A stretch of 64,000 nucleotides of DNA from Treponema sp. (GTDB lineage Bacteria; Spirochaetota; Spirochaetia; Treponematales; Treponemataceae). The position numbers and the translations under genes were made by a program. Under the pieces are notes generated by a model. That model was given only the letters and a program-made list of their open reading frames with translations, did not search any database and had not been told where the DNA came from. The stretch lies in assembly GCA_016293915.1 (NCBI GenBank), contig JAEDCY010000008.1, positions 2,403 through 66,402 of the forward strand, read 5' to 3'. Of this stretch, positions 29,018 through 41,432 are shown piece after piece. Position 1 is the first letter of the stretch. The number at the start of each line of letters is the position of its first letter.

Positions 29018-29148
29018 ATGCTGAAACATAGGGAGCGCCCCTGCTATGCAGGGGAAAAATAGTCCAGTGGACAATTTTTAGCGAGTCTCCGAGTAGCTGT
29101 GCTGCGAAGGTTCAGCAGGACATGTCACCCTGAACTTGTTTCAGGGTC
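29018..29148 (+). repeat. Family B nested structured repeat (copy b) plus a flanking family A hairpin
   Basis: gatgctgaaac-ATAGGGAGCG...TTTTTAGCGAGTCTCCGAGTAGCTGTGCTGCGA-aggttcagcaggac, then gtcaCCCtgaacttgtttcaGGGtc (29124-29148). Homologous to 55305-55436 and, inverted, to 56020-56124. Confidence 0.8.
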
Positions 29149-29164
29149 TCAACGTGGGTTGTCG

Positions 29165-29479
29165 ATGAAGTGTTGTTCAGTGTGCGGATGCACCTTTGAC
29201 CAGATAGCAAAGTCTCAGAAAATCGGTTGTGCAGAGTGTTATTACACCTTTGCCGAGGAATTCCGTGCAACTCTTGAAGGTTATGGAATTACCGGCTCAT
29301 ACAAAGGTTCCCTTCCAAAGCGCCTTAAAGGTTACCGTTCAACTCTTGTAGACCGGATGACCATGCAGATAAAACTGGAAGAAGCGGTTGCAGCAGAGGA
29401 TTACGAAAAAGCAGCACTTTATAGGGACTATCTTAAGGTTTTGAATCATGGCACGGAAACAAAAGACGGAGAGCAATAG
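29165..29479 (+). CDS. mcsA: McsA-like protein (Cys-rich zinc-finger N-terminus plus UVR motif)
   Basis: MKCCSVCGCTFDQIAKSQKIGCAECYYTF followed by the UVR-like EEAVAAEDYEKAALYRDYLKVL. It lies upstream of mcsB-clpC. The track start 29099 extends into the repeat. Confidence 0.7.
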   Translation: MKCCSVCGCTFDQIAKSQKIGCAECYYTFAEEFRATLEGYGITGSYKGSLPKRLKGYRSTLVDRMTMQIKLEEAVAAEDYEKAALYRDYLKVLNHGTETKDGEQ

Positions 29480-30551
29480 CACAAGTGGTGGAATCAGCGC
29501 GTGGTTTGCAGAACGTGGAAATAATGATGATGTAGTCATTTCAACCCGAGCCAGACTAGTGCGGAATCTCGCAGATTTTCCTTTTTCCTCAAAAATGACT
29601 GCTGACGACAGGGAGCGCGTTCAGGCCCTCGCTTATGATGCCTTTTCCGGCGAGGAGGGATGGCATTTTATTGATATGAGCCAGGTTTCTCTTCCAGGAA
29701 AGCAGATTCTGATAGACAAAAACATCATAAATGATGATTGTACGGCTGTTGTAATCAATTATGGTGATGAAAGCACATCCTGCCTTGTTAATGAAAACGA
29801 CCATATTAAGATTGCAGCCTTTATTTCTGGGCTGGATTGCGAAAAAGTGATGGAAAAAGTCTATAAAGTAGACGAATTCCTTCAAAAAAAACTGCAGTTT
29901 GCGGCAAATATTGATTTCGGGTACCTTACTTCCTATATAAAAGACTGTGGAACCGGCTTAAAGTTCTCAGCTCGTCTTTTTATTCCTTCAATTGTACTTT
30001 CCGGCCAGTTTGATTCGGTTGTTTCTATGGTTCGCGAAAAGAAACTTTCCATTAAACCTGTATTTAAAAGCGGGCAGATTGCTGATTTTTCGAATTGTTT
30101 ATTTGATATCACTACTACAAGCTCTGCAGAAGGCACGGAACTGGACCAGATGGCTGTAATTCATTCAGTTGTAAGCGTAATTTTAAAAACAGAACGCAAG
30201 ATTCGCTCGAATTTTGCCGATAATAATCCTACAGTAGTCTTGAATTTTTTCAAACAGAGTTATGCGCGGGCTATGTACTCGCTGCTGCTTTCTTATGAGG
30301 AGGCTGTAAGCATAATCTCTGCGGTAAAATGGGGACTTCAGCTGGGGCTCATTAAAGGTATTTCAGAAAACGAACTGAACGGGCTTTATTACCGCGTAAA
30401 GGACGGGCATCTTAAATATCTTTGTGACAATTTTGCCTTTACTTTTGAAAAAGACGTAAAAGCCAGCGAAAATCTTCAGATAAAAAGACTCAGAACTATT
30501 GTAATACAACAGGCCTTTGAGGGAATTGTTAATGAGAAACCTGTCTCCTAG
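29448..30551 (+). CDS. mcsB: protein arginine kinase McsB-like (ATP:guanido phosphotransferase family)
   Basis: STRARLVRNLADFPF, NENDHIKI, CGTGLKFSARLFIP and the position between mcsA-like and clpC. Confidence 0.75.
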   Translation: MARKQKTESNSTSGGISAWFAERGNNDDVVISTRARLVRNLADFPFSSKMTADDRERVQALAYDAFSGEEGWHFIDMSQVSLPGKQILIDKNIINDDCTAVVINYGDESTSCLVNENDHIKIAAFISGLDCEKVMEKVYKVDEFLQKKLQFAANIDFGYLTSYIKDCGTGLKFSARLFIPSIVLSGQFDSVVSMVREKKLSIKPVFKSGQIADFSNCLFDITTTSSAEGTELDQMAVIHSVVSVILKTERKIRSNFADNNPTVVLNFFKQSYARAMYSLLLSYEEAVSIISAVKWGLQLGLIKGISENELNGLYYRVKDGHLKYLCDNFAFTFEKDVKASENLQIKRLRTIVIQQAFEGIVNEKPVS

Positions 30552-33147
30552 AGCAAAAAAAATCTTGATGGTATTGGCACAGGATGAAGCCAGAAAAATC
30601 GGAAGTACCCAGCTTTTACCAGAGCATGTGCTTCTTGCAATATTAAAATCAAAGGATGGACTTGGATATTCTGCAATCTCAGAACTTGGACTTGATGCAG
30701 ATAAGCTTTTACAGGCGGTAGAAACTTATTTCCGCGATGACATAAGTTCTCCGACACTCGACTCAATTCCAAAGAGCCGTCGTTATCAGTTTATGATTGA
30801 TATTGCTGATATTGAATCTTCAGCTTTACATAATAATTATATTGGAACAGAGCATCTGCTTCTGGCTGCTGTACGCGATGAGGGAAGTGTAGCTGCAAAG
30901 TTTTTTACTGGTGAAGGTTACACAATAAATGATCTTCGTTTTACAGTTATGGAGCTTCAGTCAGATGTTGGTTCTTCTATCCGTCAGCAGAATGCCGAAA
31001 GTATTGTTGACTCTGTATTCCGAAGCCTTTTAAATGATGATGCAGGCGGCGGACTCTTTGGTGTTTTCGAAGAGAAAAAAGAAAAAAAACAGCCGGCTGA
31101 TAAATCTACCAGCGGACAAAAGCAGTCTTTCCTTTCAGAATACAGCCGCGATCTTACAAAGCTGGCCCGCGAAAATAAAGATGACCCTGTAGTTGGCCGC
31201 GATAAAGAGATTCACCGCGTAATTCAGATTCTTTCCCGACGCACAAAAAATAACCCTGTTCTCACTGGTGAGCCTGGCGTTGGAAAAACTGCCATTGTAG
31301 AAGGCCTTGCCCAGCACATTGCCGCCGGTAAAGTTCCTGAAGGCCTTTTGAACAAACGCATTTTGTCTCTCGATCTTGCAGCCATTGTTGCAGGTACAAA
31401 ATATCGCGGTGAGTTCGAAGAGCGCATGAAAAAAATGATGAAGGAGCTTCAGGAAAATAAAGACATCATTCTCTTTATTGATGAGCTTCATACAATTATT
31501 GGTGCTGGTGGTCCGGAAGGAACAATGGACGCTTCTAACATCATGAAGCCGGCTCTTTCCCGTGGAGAAATCCAGATTATTGGTGCAACTACTACAAAAG
31601 AATATACCCGTCACATAGAAAAGGATCTGGCTCTTGAACGCCGCTTTCAGGTGGTTAAGGTTGAAGAGCCTGGCGACCAGGAAACAGAAGAGATTCTTAA
31701 CGGAATAAAAACTAAATACGAAAACTATCACAAAGTTATTTATGATGATGCTGTAATTCCAGCAATTGTAAAACTCAGCCGCCGCTATATTCCGGAAAAA
31801 GTTTTGCCGGATAAGGCAATTGATATTCTTGATGAAGCTGGAGCTGCAAAAAAGATTCAGGAAGAAGCTCGCCCAACCGAGCTTGCAGAGCTTGAGCAGA
31901 ATATCAGCCAGCTGATAGAAGAAAAAACTGCCCTGGTAAAAAATCAGGATTATGAAAGTGCAGCTTTAGTACGCGACAAGGTAATTGATCTTAAGCGCCG
32001 TCTTAACGTTTACAGCGACCTTTGGAAAAAAAGCGGAGCCAGTGGCACAAAGCGTGTAAGTGTTTCTGATATTGAACACATAATTTCTGAAATGACAGGA
32101 GTTCCTGTAGAGCGCCTTTCTTCTTCGGAAGCAGAAAGAATCGTTCATATGGAAGATGAGCTTCATAATACTGTAATCGGACAGAACTCCGCCGTAAGCG
32201 TAATAAGCGGCGCAATCCGTCGTGCACGGGCTGGTATTTCATCTCCAAAGCATCCTGTTGGAAGCTTCATTTTCTTAGGTCCTACAGGAGTTGGAAAAAC
32301 TCAGCTTGCAAAGGCTCTCGCAAAATATCTTTTTGGAAGCGAAGAATCCTTGATTCGAATTGATATGTCTGACTTTATGGAAAAGCATACTGCCAGCCGC
32401 TTAGTTGGAGCACCTCCAGGATACGTTGGTTACGAAGAGGGTGGAGTGCTTACAGAAAAAGTTCGCCGCCATCCTTACTCAGTTGTTCTGCTGGATGAAA
32501 TAGAAAAGGCCCATCCTGATATTTTCAACCTCCTTTTGCAGCTGCTTGAAGAAGGTGAACTTTCTGATAACCTTGGCCACACTGTAAACTTCCGCAACAC
32601 TGTCATCATTATGACAAGTAATGCCGGAGCTCGCCAGATTACAAATGAAGGTCGTGTTGGTTTTGGTACTCTCGATGGTGTTATGCCATACGAAGAAATT
32701 AAAGCCGGTGCAATGAATGAGCTTAAAAAGCTTCTCAGCCCTGAGCTTATAAATCGAATCGACGATGTAATTGTTTTCGATGCGCTTTCTAAGATAGAGG
32801 TTTCTAAAATTCTGGACATTCAGCTTGCAGAACTCGGAGACCGTCTTGCAGAAAGAGGTCTTACAATCAGCCTTAAGCCAAAGGCTAAAGAATATCTTAT
32901 TGAAAACGGTTATAATCCTGCAATGGGAGCCCGCCCTATGAAACGCCTCCTCCGTAAAGAGATTGAAGATCCGCTTTCAATGGAACTTCTCTCGAATGCC
33001 GGAAAAGACTATAATACTGTAAGTATTGAATGTAATAATGGTAAAATCAAGGTAAAATTAGAAAAACTGGAGTGTAATAATAGTCATACAGAACTTGTTT
33101 CAACATCTGCCATAAAGATACAGAAGCAGATTCGAAATGACCAGTAA
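30532..33147 (+). CDS. clpC: ATP-dependent Clp protease ATP-binding subunit ClpC
   Basis: Clp N-repeats, two AAA+ modules ([15 protein letters not shown]; [15 protein letters not shown]) and a UVR-like linker ([17 protein letters not shown]). Confidence 0.93.
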   Translation: MRNLSPRAKKILMVLAQDEARKIGSTQLLPEHVLLAILKSKDGLGYSAISELGLDADKLLQAVETYFRDDISSPTLDSIPKSRRYQFMIDIADIESSALHNNYIGTEHLLLAAVRDEGSVAAKFFTGEGYTINDLRFTVMELQSDVGSSIRQQNAESIVDSVFRSLLNDDAGGGLFGVFEEKKEKKQPADKSTSGQKQSFLSEYSRDLTKLARENKDDPVVGRDKEIHRVIQILSRRTKNNPVLTGEPGVGKTAIVEGLAQHIAAGKVPEGLLNKRILSLDLAAIVAGTKYRGEFEERMKKMMKELQENKDIILFIDELHTIIGAGGPEGTMDASNIMKPALSRGEIQIIGATTTKEYTRHIEKDLALERRFQVVKVEEPGDQETEEILNGIKTKYENYHKVIYDDAVIPAIVKLSRRYIPEKVLPDKAIDILDEAGAAKKIQEEARPTELAELEQNISQLIEEKTALVKNQDYESAALVRDKVIDLKRRLNVYSDLWKKSGASGTKRVSVSDIEHIISEMTGVPVERLSSSEAERIVHMEDELHNTVIGQNSAVSVISGAIRRARAGISSPKHPVGSFIFLGPTGVGKTQLAKALAKYLFGSEESLIRIDMSDFMEKHTASRLVGAPPGYVGYEEGGVLTEKVRRHPYSVVLLDEIEKAHPDIFNLLLQLLEEGELSDNLGHTVNFRNTVIIMTSNAGARQITNEGRVGFGTLDGVMPYEEIKAGAMNELKKLLSPELINRIDDVIVFDALSKIEVSKILDIQLAELGDRLAERGLTISLKPKAKEYLIENGYNPAMGARPMKRLLRKEIEDPLSMELLSNAGKDYNTVSIECNNGKIKVKLEKLECNNSHTELVSTSAIKIQKQIRNDQ

Positions 33148-33153
33148 TATATT

Positions 33154-34104
33154 ATGAAGAAGACATTTCTTTTTGTATCATTAATTTTTGTTTGCTTTAA
33201 TCTGTTTGCGCAGTCTGAAAAGCTTCGTGTTGGAATTCTTAACGGTCCAACCTGTGTGCCGGCAGCTTATCTGATAGATAAAAATGCTGATTACACATTT
33301 GAACAGTTTGCTGATCCCCAGGCTCTGCTTCCTAAAATGATAAAAAAAGAAATTGATATTGGTTTTATGCCGGTAAACGTTGCTGCAAAAGTTTATAATA
33401 CAGGAAATAAAGCCCTTATCTGCTGCGCAGTAACAGGATTGGGAAATATTAAGCTCATTACTACAGATTCTGATATAAAACGCTTTACAGATCTCAAAGA
33501 TAAAACTGTATATGTGGCAGGTCAGGGTGCAACTCCTGAATATATGTTTCGTTTTTTGCTTGATGAAAATAAGTTAGACTGGTCTGAAGATGGTGATGTT
33601 GTACTTGATTTTTCTATTCCAACAGCACAGCTTGCAGCTCAAATGATTTCCGGAAAAATTCAGTATGCAGTTGTACCAGAGCCCTTTGCTACAATTGCTC
33701 AGATGAAATCAGAAAAAATTACTGCAGCTCTTGATTTTCAAAAAGAGTATATTGAAATTACTGGAGAAAAAAATATCTACCCGCTTTCTGTAATGGTTGT
33801 TCGTAAAGATTTTGCCAAAGAAAATAAAGAACTTTTAGATACTTTTCTTAATGAATATGAAAAAGCTGTTGAATGGACTGTTGCAAATCCTGTAGAAGCT
33901 GGAAATCTTTCTGAAACAAAAGGCTTAGGTTTAGCTGCTTCTGTAGTTTCAAAAGCAATTCCGGTTTCAAATTATACCTACATTCAGGCAAAAAAAGCGG
34001 TTTCGCAAATCGAAGCTTTGCTTAATATTTTTTTGAATTGCGATAAAATCTCAATTGGCGGTAAATTACCTGCTAAGGATTTTTATTATTCAAAGAATGA
34101 CTAG
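33154..34104 (+). CDS. ABC transporter substrate-binding protein (NMT1/THI5-like, NitT/TauT-type)
   Basis: Signal peptide, periplasmic-binding-fold pattern and coupling to the permease by an ATGA overlap. Confidence 0.6.
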   Translation: MKKTFLFVSLIFVCFNLFAQSEKLRVGILNGPTCVPAAYLIDKNADYTFEQFADPQALLPKMIKKEIDIGFMPVNVAAKVYNTGNKALICCAVTGLGNIKLITTDSDIKRFTDLKDKTVYVAGQGATPEYMFRFLLDENKLDWSEDGDVVLDFSIPTAQLAAQMISGKIQYAVVPEPFATIAQMKSEKITAALDFQKEYIEITGEKNIYPLSVMVVRKDFAKENKELLDTFLNEYEKAVEWTVANPVEAGNLSETKGLGLAASVVSKAIPVSNYTYIQAKKAVSQIEALLNIFLNCDKISIGGKLPAKDFYYSKND

Positions 34105-34888
34105 AATAAAATTTTGTAAGTTTATTTCTCTTTTCTTTCTGGTGCTGGTATGGTATGTATTCTCTGGATTAATGAATGCCCCACTTATACTCCCTTTTCC
34201 TCATAGTGTCTTATTTCGCCTTCTTGAATTATCAGTAACAGCTGTTTTCTGGAAAGCTTTTGCATTTACTTTTTTACGCGTAATTATTTCTTTTTTCATT
34301 TCGTTAGTATCAGGTTTTCTTCTTGGTTTTTTTGCTGCAGACTCAAAAAGTTTTCAAGCATTTCTGGAATTTCCTTTAGAGTTGCTTCGTACCACTCCTG
34401 TAATTGCTGTAATTTTACCGGCTCTTTTCTGGTTTACTTCAAATACTGTGCCTGTGTTTGTAGCAGTAATTATGTGTACTCCTATTATCATAACAGCAAG
34501 TAAAAATGGTTTTGAACATAATACAGAAAATATTGAGAAACTGTTTAAGGCAAAAAGTCGAGGTTTTACAGGATTTTATGCCTTTAGATATATAAGACTT
34601 CCATGTGCTCTTCCATCACTTGCTTCAGGTGCAGAATCGGCATTTGGACTAAGCTGGAAAGTTGTAGCTGCAGGAGAAGTTTTAAGTATTCCCCGTTATG
34701 CGGCAGGTTCTCTTATGCAGAAAGCTCAGGTTCATATTGAATCTTCTGATGTTCTTGCAATTACTTTAGCTCTTGTTATTATAAGTTATTTTTTTGAAAA
34801 ACTTTTGAAATTGATAACAGTCTTTATTCTGCGTGATAAGACAATTCAGACTGATGAAAACAATATTGAACAAACTTTTTCGATATGA
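34097..34888 (+). CDS. ABC transporter permease (NitT/TauT-type)
   Basis: Six predicted TM segments. The start is set at ATG 34097 (MTRIKFCKF), overlapping the SBP stop. Confidence 0.65.
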   Translation: MTRIKFCKFISLFFLVLVWYVFSGLMNAPLILPFPHSVLFRLLELSVTAVFWKAFAFTFLRVIISFFISLVSGFLLGFFAADSKSFQAFLEFPLELLRTTPVIAVILPALFWFTSNTVPVFVAVIMCTPIIITASKNGFEHNTENIEKLFKAKSRGFTGFYAFRYIRLPCALPSLASGAESAFGLSWKVVAAGEVLSIPRYAAGSLMQKAQVHIESSDVLAITLALVIISYFFEKLLKLITVFILRDKTIQTDENNIEQTFSI

Positions 34889-34937
34889 TATATTAATCTG
34901 ATAATATTAGTATTCTATTATACATAAGGAGTTCCTA

Positions 34938-35681
34938 ATGTCAGGACATAGTAAATGGGCCACCATTAAACATGCAAAGGGTTTGGCCGATGCAAAGCGT
35001 GGTAAGATTTTTACCAAATTTATTAAGGAAATTTCTATTGCTGCACGTATGGGCGGTGGAGACCCTAACTCTAACCCTCGTCTTAGAACTGTAATTATTA
35101 AGGCTCGTGCTGCTAACATGCCTAAAGATAACATTGAACGTGCTATCAAAAAAGGTACTGGTGAAGACGGTGGAGCAGCATACGAAGAGTATCTCTACGA
35201 AGGTTATGCTCCTGGCGGAGTTGCTGTAATGGTTGAGGTTCTTTCTGATAACAAGAACCGTGCAGCTGCTGATGTTAAGAATATTTTTGCAAAGAACGGT
35301 GGTAACCTTGGAACTTCTGGTTCTGTATCTCGTATGTTCCAGAGAAAGGGTACAATCGAGCTTGATGCTGAAAAGGTAAACGAAGACGCAGTAATGGAAG
35401 TTGCTTTGGAAGCTGGTGCTGATGATATCGTAAACGAAGACGGTGTAATCACTGTTACTACAACTCCTGATGCATTCTCTGGAGTTGCTGAAGCTCTTCA
35501 GGAAAAAGGTTTTGAAACACTTTCTGCTGATGTAGGAATGGTTCCAGATGCTTACACTCCAGTTGATAAGGATACTGCTGCTAAAGTACAGCGCCTCATC
35601 GACCGTCTTGAAGACAACGACGATGTTCAGAATGTTTACCACACAGCTGAATATCCAGACGACTTCGAGCCAGAGGAATAA
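34938..35681 (+). CDS. yebC: YebC/PmpR family DNA-binding transcriptional regulator
   Basis: MSGHSKWATIKHAKG ... NPRLRTVIIKARAANMPKDNIERAIKKG. Confidence 0.95.
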   Translation: MSGHSKWATIKHAKGLADAKRGKIFTKFIKEISIAARMGGGDPNSNPRLRTVIIKARAANMPKDNIERAIKKGTGEDGGAAYEEYLYEGYAPGGVAVMVEVLSDNKNRAAADVKNIFAKNGGNLGTSGSVSRMFQRKGTIELDAEKVNEDAVMEVALEAGADDIVNEDGVITVTTTPDAFSGVAEALQEKGFETLSADVGMVPDAYTPVDKDTAAKVQRLIDRLEDNDDVQNVYHTAEYPDDFEPEE

Positions 35682-35723
35682 ATCTTAAATGTAATTATCG
35701 GGCTTGACCCGATAATCTTAAAA

Positions 35724-35750
35724 CCGCCTGTTTTCGGGCGGTTTTTTTAT
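35724..35750 (+). terminator. rho-independent terminator after yebC
   Basis: The stem ccgcc...ggcgg is followed by T7. It is preceded by a second hairpin attatcgggcttgacccgataat. Confidence 0.7.
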
Positions 35751-35772
35751 GCTATAATTCATTTATCTGCTT

Positions 35773-36324
35773 ATGATTAATGACGACAAGGTTTTTAATT
35801 CCCTGCCGGGAAATGAACAGAGTAAGAGTTCTCAAAAGGTTCGCCGTGTGCGCCGGGTGCTTGGTATTGACCCGGGACTTGCAAATACTGGTTTTGGCGT
35901 TGTTGATTTTTGTGAGGGCCGCTACCGCATGGTTAGTTATGGCTGTATAACTACAAAAGCAGACCAGCCTCACGGGGAGCGGCTTCTAACAATTTACAGC
36001 CGCCTCTGTGCTGTTATAGACGAATTTCAGCCGGATGAAGCGGGTATGGAAACTCTTTATTTTGCGCGGAACGTAACATCTGCAATGGGGGTAGCTGAGG
36101 CCAGGGGGGTGGCAACTTTGTGCCTGGCCCAGCATAATATAAAGCTTGGTGAATATCAGCCGAATCAGATTAAGCAGGCTGTAACAGGAACTGCTGCTGC
36201 TGATAAAGAGCTTGTAGAACGTTATGTAAAAATACTGCTTGGTCTTAAAACACAGCCAAAACCTGATCACGCTGCTGATGCTCTTGCGGGAGCAATTACT
36301 CATTTACATTACAATTTTAAATAG
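35773..36324 (+). CDS. ruvC: crossover junction endodeoxyribonuclease RuvC
   Basis: RVLGIDPGLANTGFGVV and DAADALAGAITH. The true start may be GTG at 35848. Confidence 0.92.
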   Translation: MINDDKVFNSLPGNEQSKSSQKVRRVRRVLGIDPGLANTGFGVVDFCEGRYRMVSYGCITTKADQPHGERLLTIYSRLCAVIDEFQPDEAGMETLYFARNVTSAMGVAEARGVATLCLAQHNIKLGEYQPNQIKQAVTGTAAADKELVERYVKILLGLKTQPKPDHAADALAGAITHLHYNFK

Positions 36325-39381
<3,057 letters not shown>

Positions 39382-39397
39382 TTCAAACTTAATAAAT

Positions 39398-40387
39398 TTA
39401 CTTCAAAGCTTCTTCAATAACTTTGAGGTTTCCTTCCATAATTGAAAGGTAAGTAGCTCCTGCTTTTGCCTGCTTTAAGGTTGTAGACTGGATAGCGTCC
39501 ATTGTAAGAACTTTTGCATTCTTACTCTTTGTATTCTGAATGATTGTGCGGGCAAGCTTTCCGTCTCCGCTTTCAATCTTGAGAACTGAGTTCAGACCAA
39601 GTTCATCAACCTTTTTTGAAAGGAAGATTACGGTTTCAAAACTTGCTTCTGTTTCTGCTGAACAACCTGCGAAAGCTGCAAAGTAATCAAGACCGTAGTC
39701 TTCAACAAAGTAGCGAAATGGGAAGCGGTCGCCAAAGAGAACTGTGTTCTTACTTCCAGCCTTTACTGCTGCTGCGTATTTTGAGTCGAGGGCGTCGAGT
39801 TTTGCTGCGAATGCTGAGAGGTTTGCCTTGTAAGCTGCGGCGTTGGCTGCGTCTTTTTCGCAGAGAGCGTTTGCGATTTCTGTACTCAGTATCTTAGCGA
39901 AGCGGAGGGAAAGCCATACGTGCTCATCATATTCTACTTCGTCTTCGTCATCATGATGATGGTGACCATGTTCGTCTTCTTCCTCTTCGGCCTGCATTCC
40001 TTCTTTAACTTCTTCAGCTTTAAGCTTGTCGCCCAAAGTTTCCATAAGGTTTATAACCTTCATGTTCTTGTTGGTTGCATTTTTAAGTGCGTCTTTTACC
40101 CAGCCGTCACTTTCTCCGCCAACGTAAATAAAGATATCTGCTGTAGAGATTTTTGCAATGTCCTGAATTGATGGTTGATAAGAATGGAGGTCTACACCGT
40201 TTCCAAGAAGAAGGGTGAGTTCAACATTAGAAGCCTTGTCGCCGATGATTTCTCTTGCCCAGTCATATTCCGGGAAGATTGTGGTAACAACCTTGAGTTT
40301 GTCAGATTTTTTTGCGTTTGCTGCAAACACTGATGCTGTGAGTGCGAGGAGAATTGCTGCTCCTGCGATTATTTTCTTTAACTTCAT
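39398..40387 (-). CDS. znuA: metal (probably zinc) ABC transporter substrate-binding protein, ZnuA/TroA family
   Basis: Lipoprotein-like signal, cluster-9 SBP pattern and a His/acidic loop EEEEDEHGHHHHDDEDEVEYDEH typical of ZnuA. The start is set at ATG 40387 with the RBS aaggag. Confidence 0.75.
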   Translation of the reverse strand: MKLKKIIAGAAILLALTASVFAANAKKSDKLKVVTTIFPEYDWAREIIGDKASNVELTLLLGNGVDLHSYQPSIQDIAKISTADIFIYVGGESDGWVKDALKNATNKNMKVINLMETLGDKLKAEEVKEGMQAEEEEDEHGHHHHDDEDEVEYDEHVWLSLRFAKILSTEIANALCEKDAANAAAYKANLSAFAAKLDALDSKYAAAVKAGSKNTVLFGDRFPFRYFVEDYGLDYFAAFAGCSAETEASFETVIFLSKKVDELGLNSVLKIESGDGKLARTIIQNTKSKNAKVLTMDAIQSTTLKQAKAGATYLSIMEGNLKVIEEALK

Positions 40388-40488
40388 TTTATACTCCTTA
40401 TAAGTCGGCAAGCACAGCTTGCCTCTGAGCCATTTTTTCGATAATCCTAAAACAATCCTTTCGGATTGTTTTTAACGGATTTTCGATT

Positions 40489-40683
40489 TTAGGCTTCATC
40501 CAGACAACTCTTGAGAGCTGCTGTGATTGCATCCTTGTTATATCCCTTTCTAATAATTACAAGCTGGTTTAGTCTGTCGCCGAATTCCTCGTCCCAGGCT
40601 TCTTTTACGTCGTGATTGTATTCGAGGTATTCCTGATTCTGTTTTTCTTCCAGAGCGACAATCCAGTATATCGATGTTTCCAT
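40489..40683 (-). pseudogene. CobW/ZigA-family GTPase C-terminal domain fragment
   Basis: The 64-aa ORF ends ...AWDEEFGDRLNQLVIIRKGYNKDAITAALKSCLDEA, matching the CobW_C tail pattern W-x3-(F/W)GDR-x2-(Q/E)LV-x-IG ... L-x2-CL. There is no GTPase domain upstream and a TGA sits immediately before its ATG. Confidence 0.6.
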
Positions 40684-40796
40684 TCACACTGTGGAAAATT
40701 GGAGCGCGTGGCTGGGAGTCAAAGGTTAGTGTGGCAAAAAGAGAAAGTACAGTAATCAGGGCTGCAACTTGGAAATAACGGAAAAACTTTTTCTGA

Positions 40797-41228
40797 TTAT
40801 TCATTTTCTTTTTCCGTTTTATTTGCACAGTCAGTACAAAGGCCATAAAAAACTGTACGAAGCGGATTTATTACAAAGCCATGCTCTGTCTTAAGATGGC
40901 CGCCGAGTTCTTCAAGCTCCTCGCATTCAAGATGAATAAGCCGGCCGCAAAGTTCACACTTTAAGTGAAAGTGTTGTTCGCTTGCATTGCAGTTTTCTCC
41001 TGCATATTCAAAACAGGCAGCAGAATGATCATCTATAAAATATTTCTGGATTTTTCCTTCGGAAACCAGTTTTTCAAGCTGACGATAAATAGTTGCTATT
41101 CCAATAGAAATCTTTTTTTCTTCAAAATGAATTCGCACATCTTCAGCTGTAAAATGCTTTCCCTGCATTTCGCGAAGATAAGAAAAAAGTAAATCCTGCT
41201 GTTTTGTTTTATAGGCTGCTTTCTGCAT
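40797..41228 (-). CDS. Fur-family metalloregulator (Zur-like by context)
   Basis: Winged-helix N-terminus (IATIYRQLEKL), HFHLKCELCGRLIHL and the C-terminal GLCTDC structural zinc site. Neighbours the znuA-like gene and the CobW remnant. Confidence 0.8.
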   Translation of the reverse strand: MQKAAYKTKQQDLLFSYLREMQGKHFTAEDVRIHFEEKKISIGIATIYRQLEKLVSEGKIQKYFIDDHSAACFEYAGENCNASEQHFHLKCELCGRLIHLECEELEELGGHLKTEHGFVINPLRTVFYGLCTDCANKTEKENE

Positions 41229-41247
41229 TTTATATTGCTTTCCAAAA

Positions 41248-41262
41248 TGATAATGATTATCA
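41248..41262. promoter_or_regulatory. perfect 7-1-7 Fur-box-type operator TGATAAT-G-ATTATCA
   Basis: Exact inverted repeat 20 nt upstream of the Fur-family gene ATG (41228). Confidence 0.65.
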
Positions 41263-41293
41263 AATTATACGAGTTGCTAAAAAAAATGTCAAC

Positions 41294-41320
41294 CAAATTT
41301 GAGAATTATTCTCAAATTTG
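41294..41320. promoter_or_regulatory. perfect 13-1-13 palindrome CAAATTTGAGAAT-T-ATTCTCAAATTTG
   Basis: A 27-nt exact inverted repeat in the divergent region between the Fur-family gene and ruvA. Confidence 0.5.
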
Positions 41321-41432
41321 TCTATTATCGAAGAATCGTTAAAAAAAGAAGCTGTATCAATGGCTCAGAGTTGAGCTTTGCTTTACGAGTCATATACATT
41401 GTCTTCACAAGGCTCTTTATATCATCTATAAT

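Noticed and set aside
34941-35642. 233-aa ORF antisense to yebC
   Set aside because: It mirrors the yebC frame almost end to end and is rich in S/F/N/C with no recognisable domain. It is a shadow ORF.
40550-40846. 98-aa ORF between the Fur-family gene and the CobW_C fragment
   Set aside because: Only the first 40 or so residues after the internal ATG 40804 look protein-like (signal peptide). The rest is an Arg-rich tail overlapping the CobW_C frame. I treat it as part of a decayed locus rather than a functional CDS.
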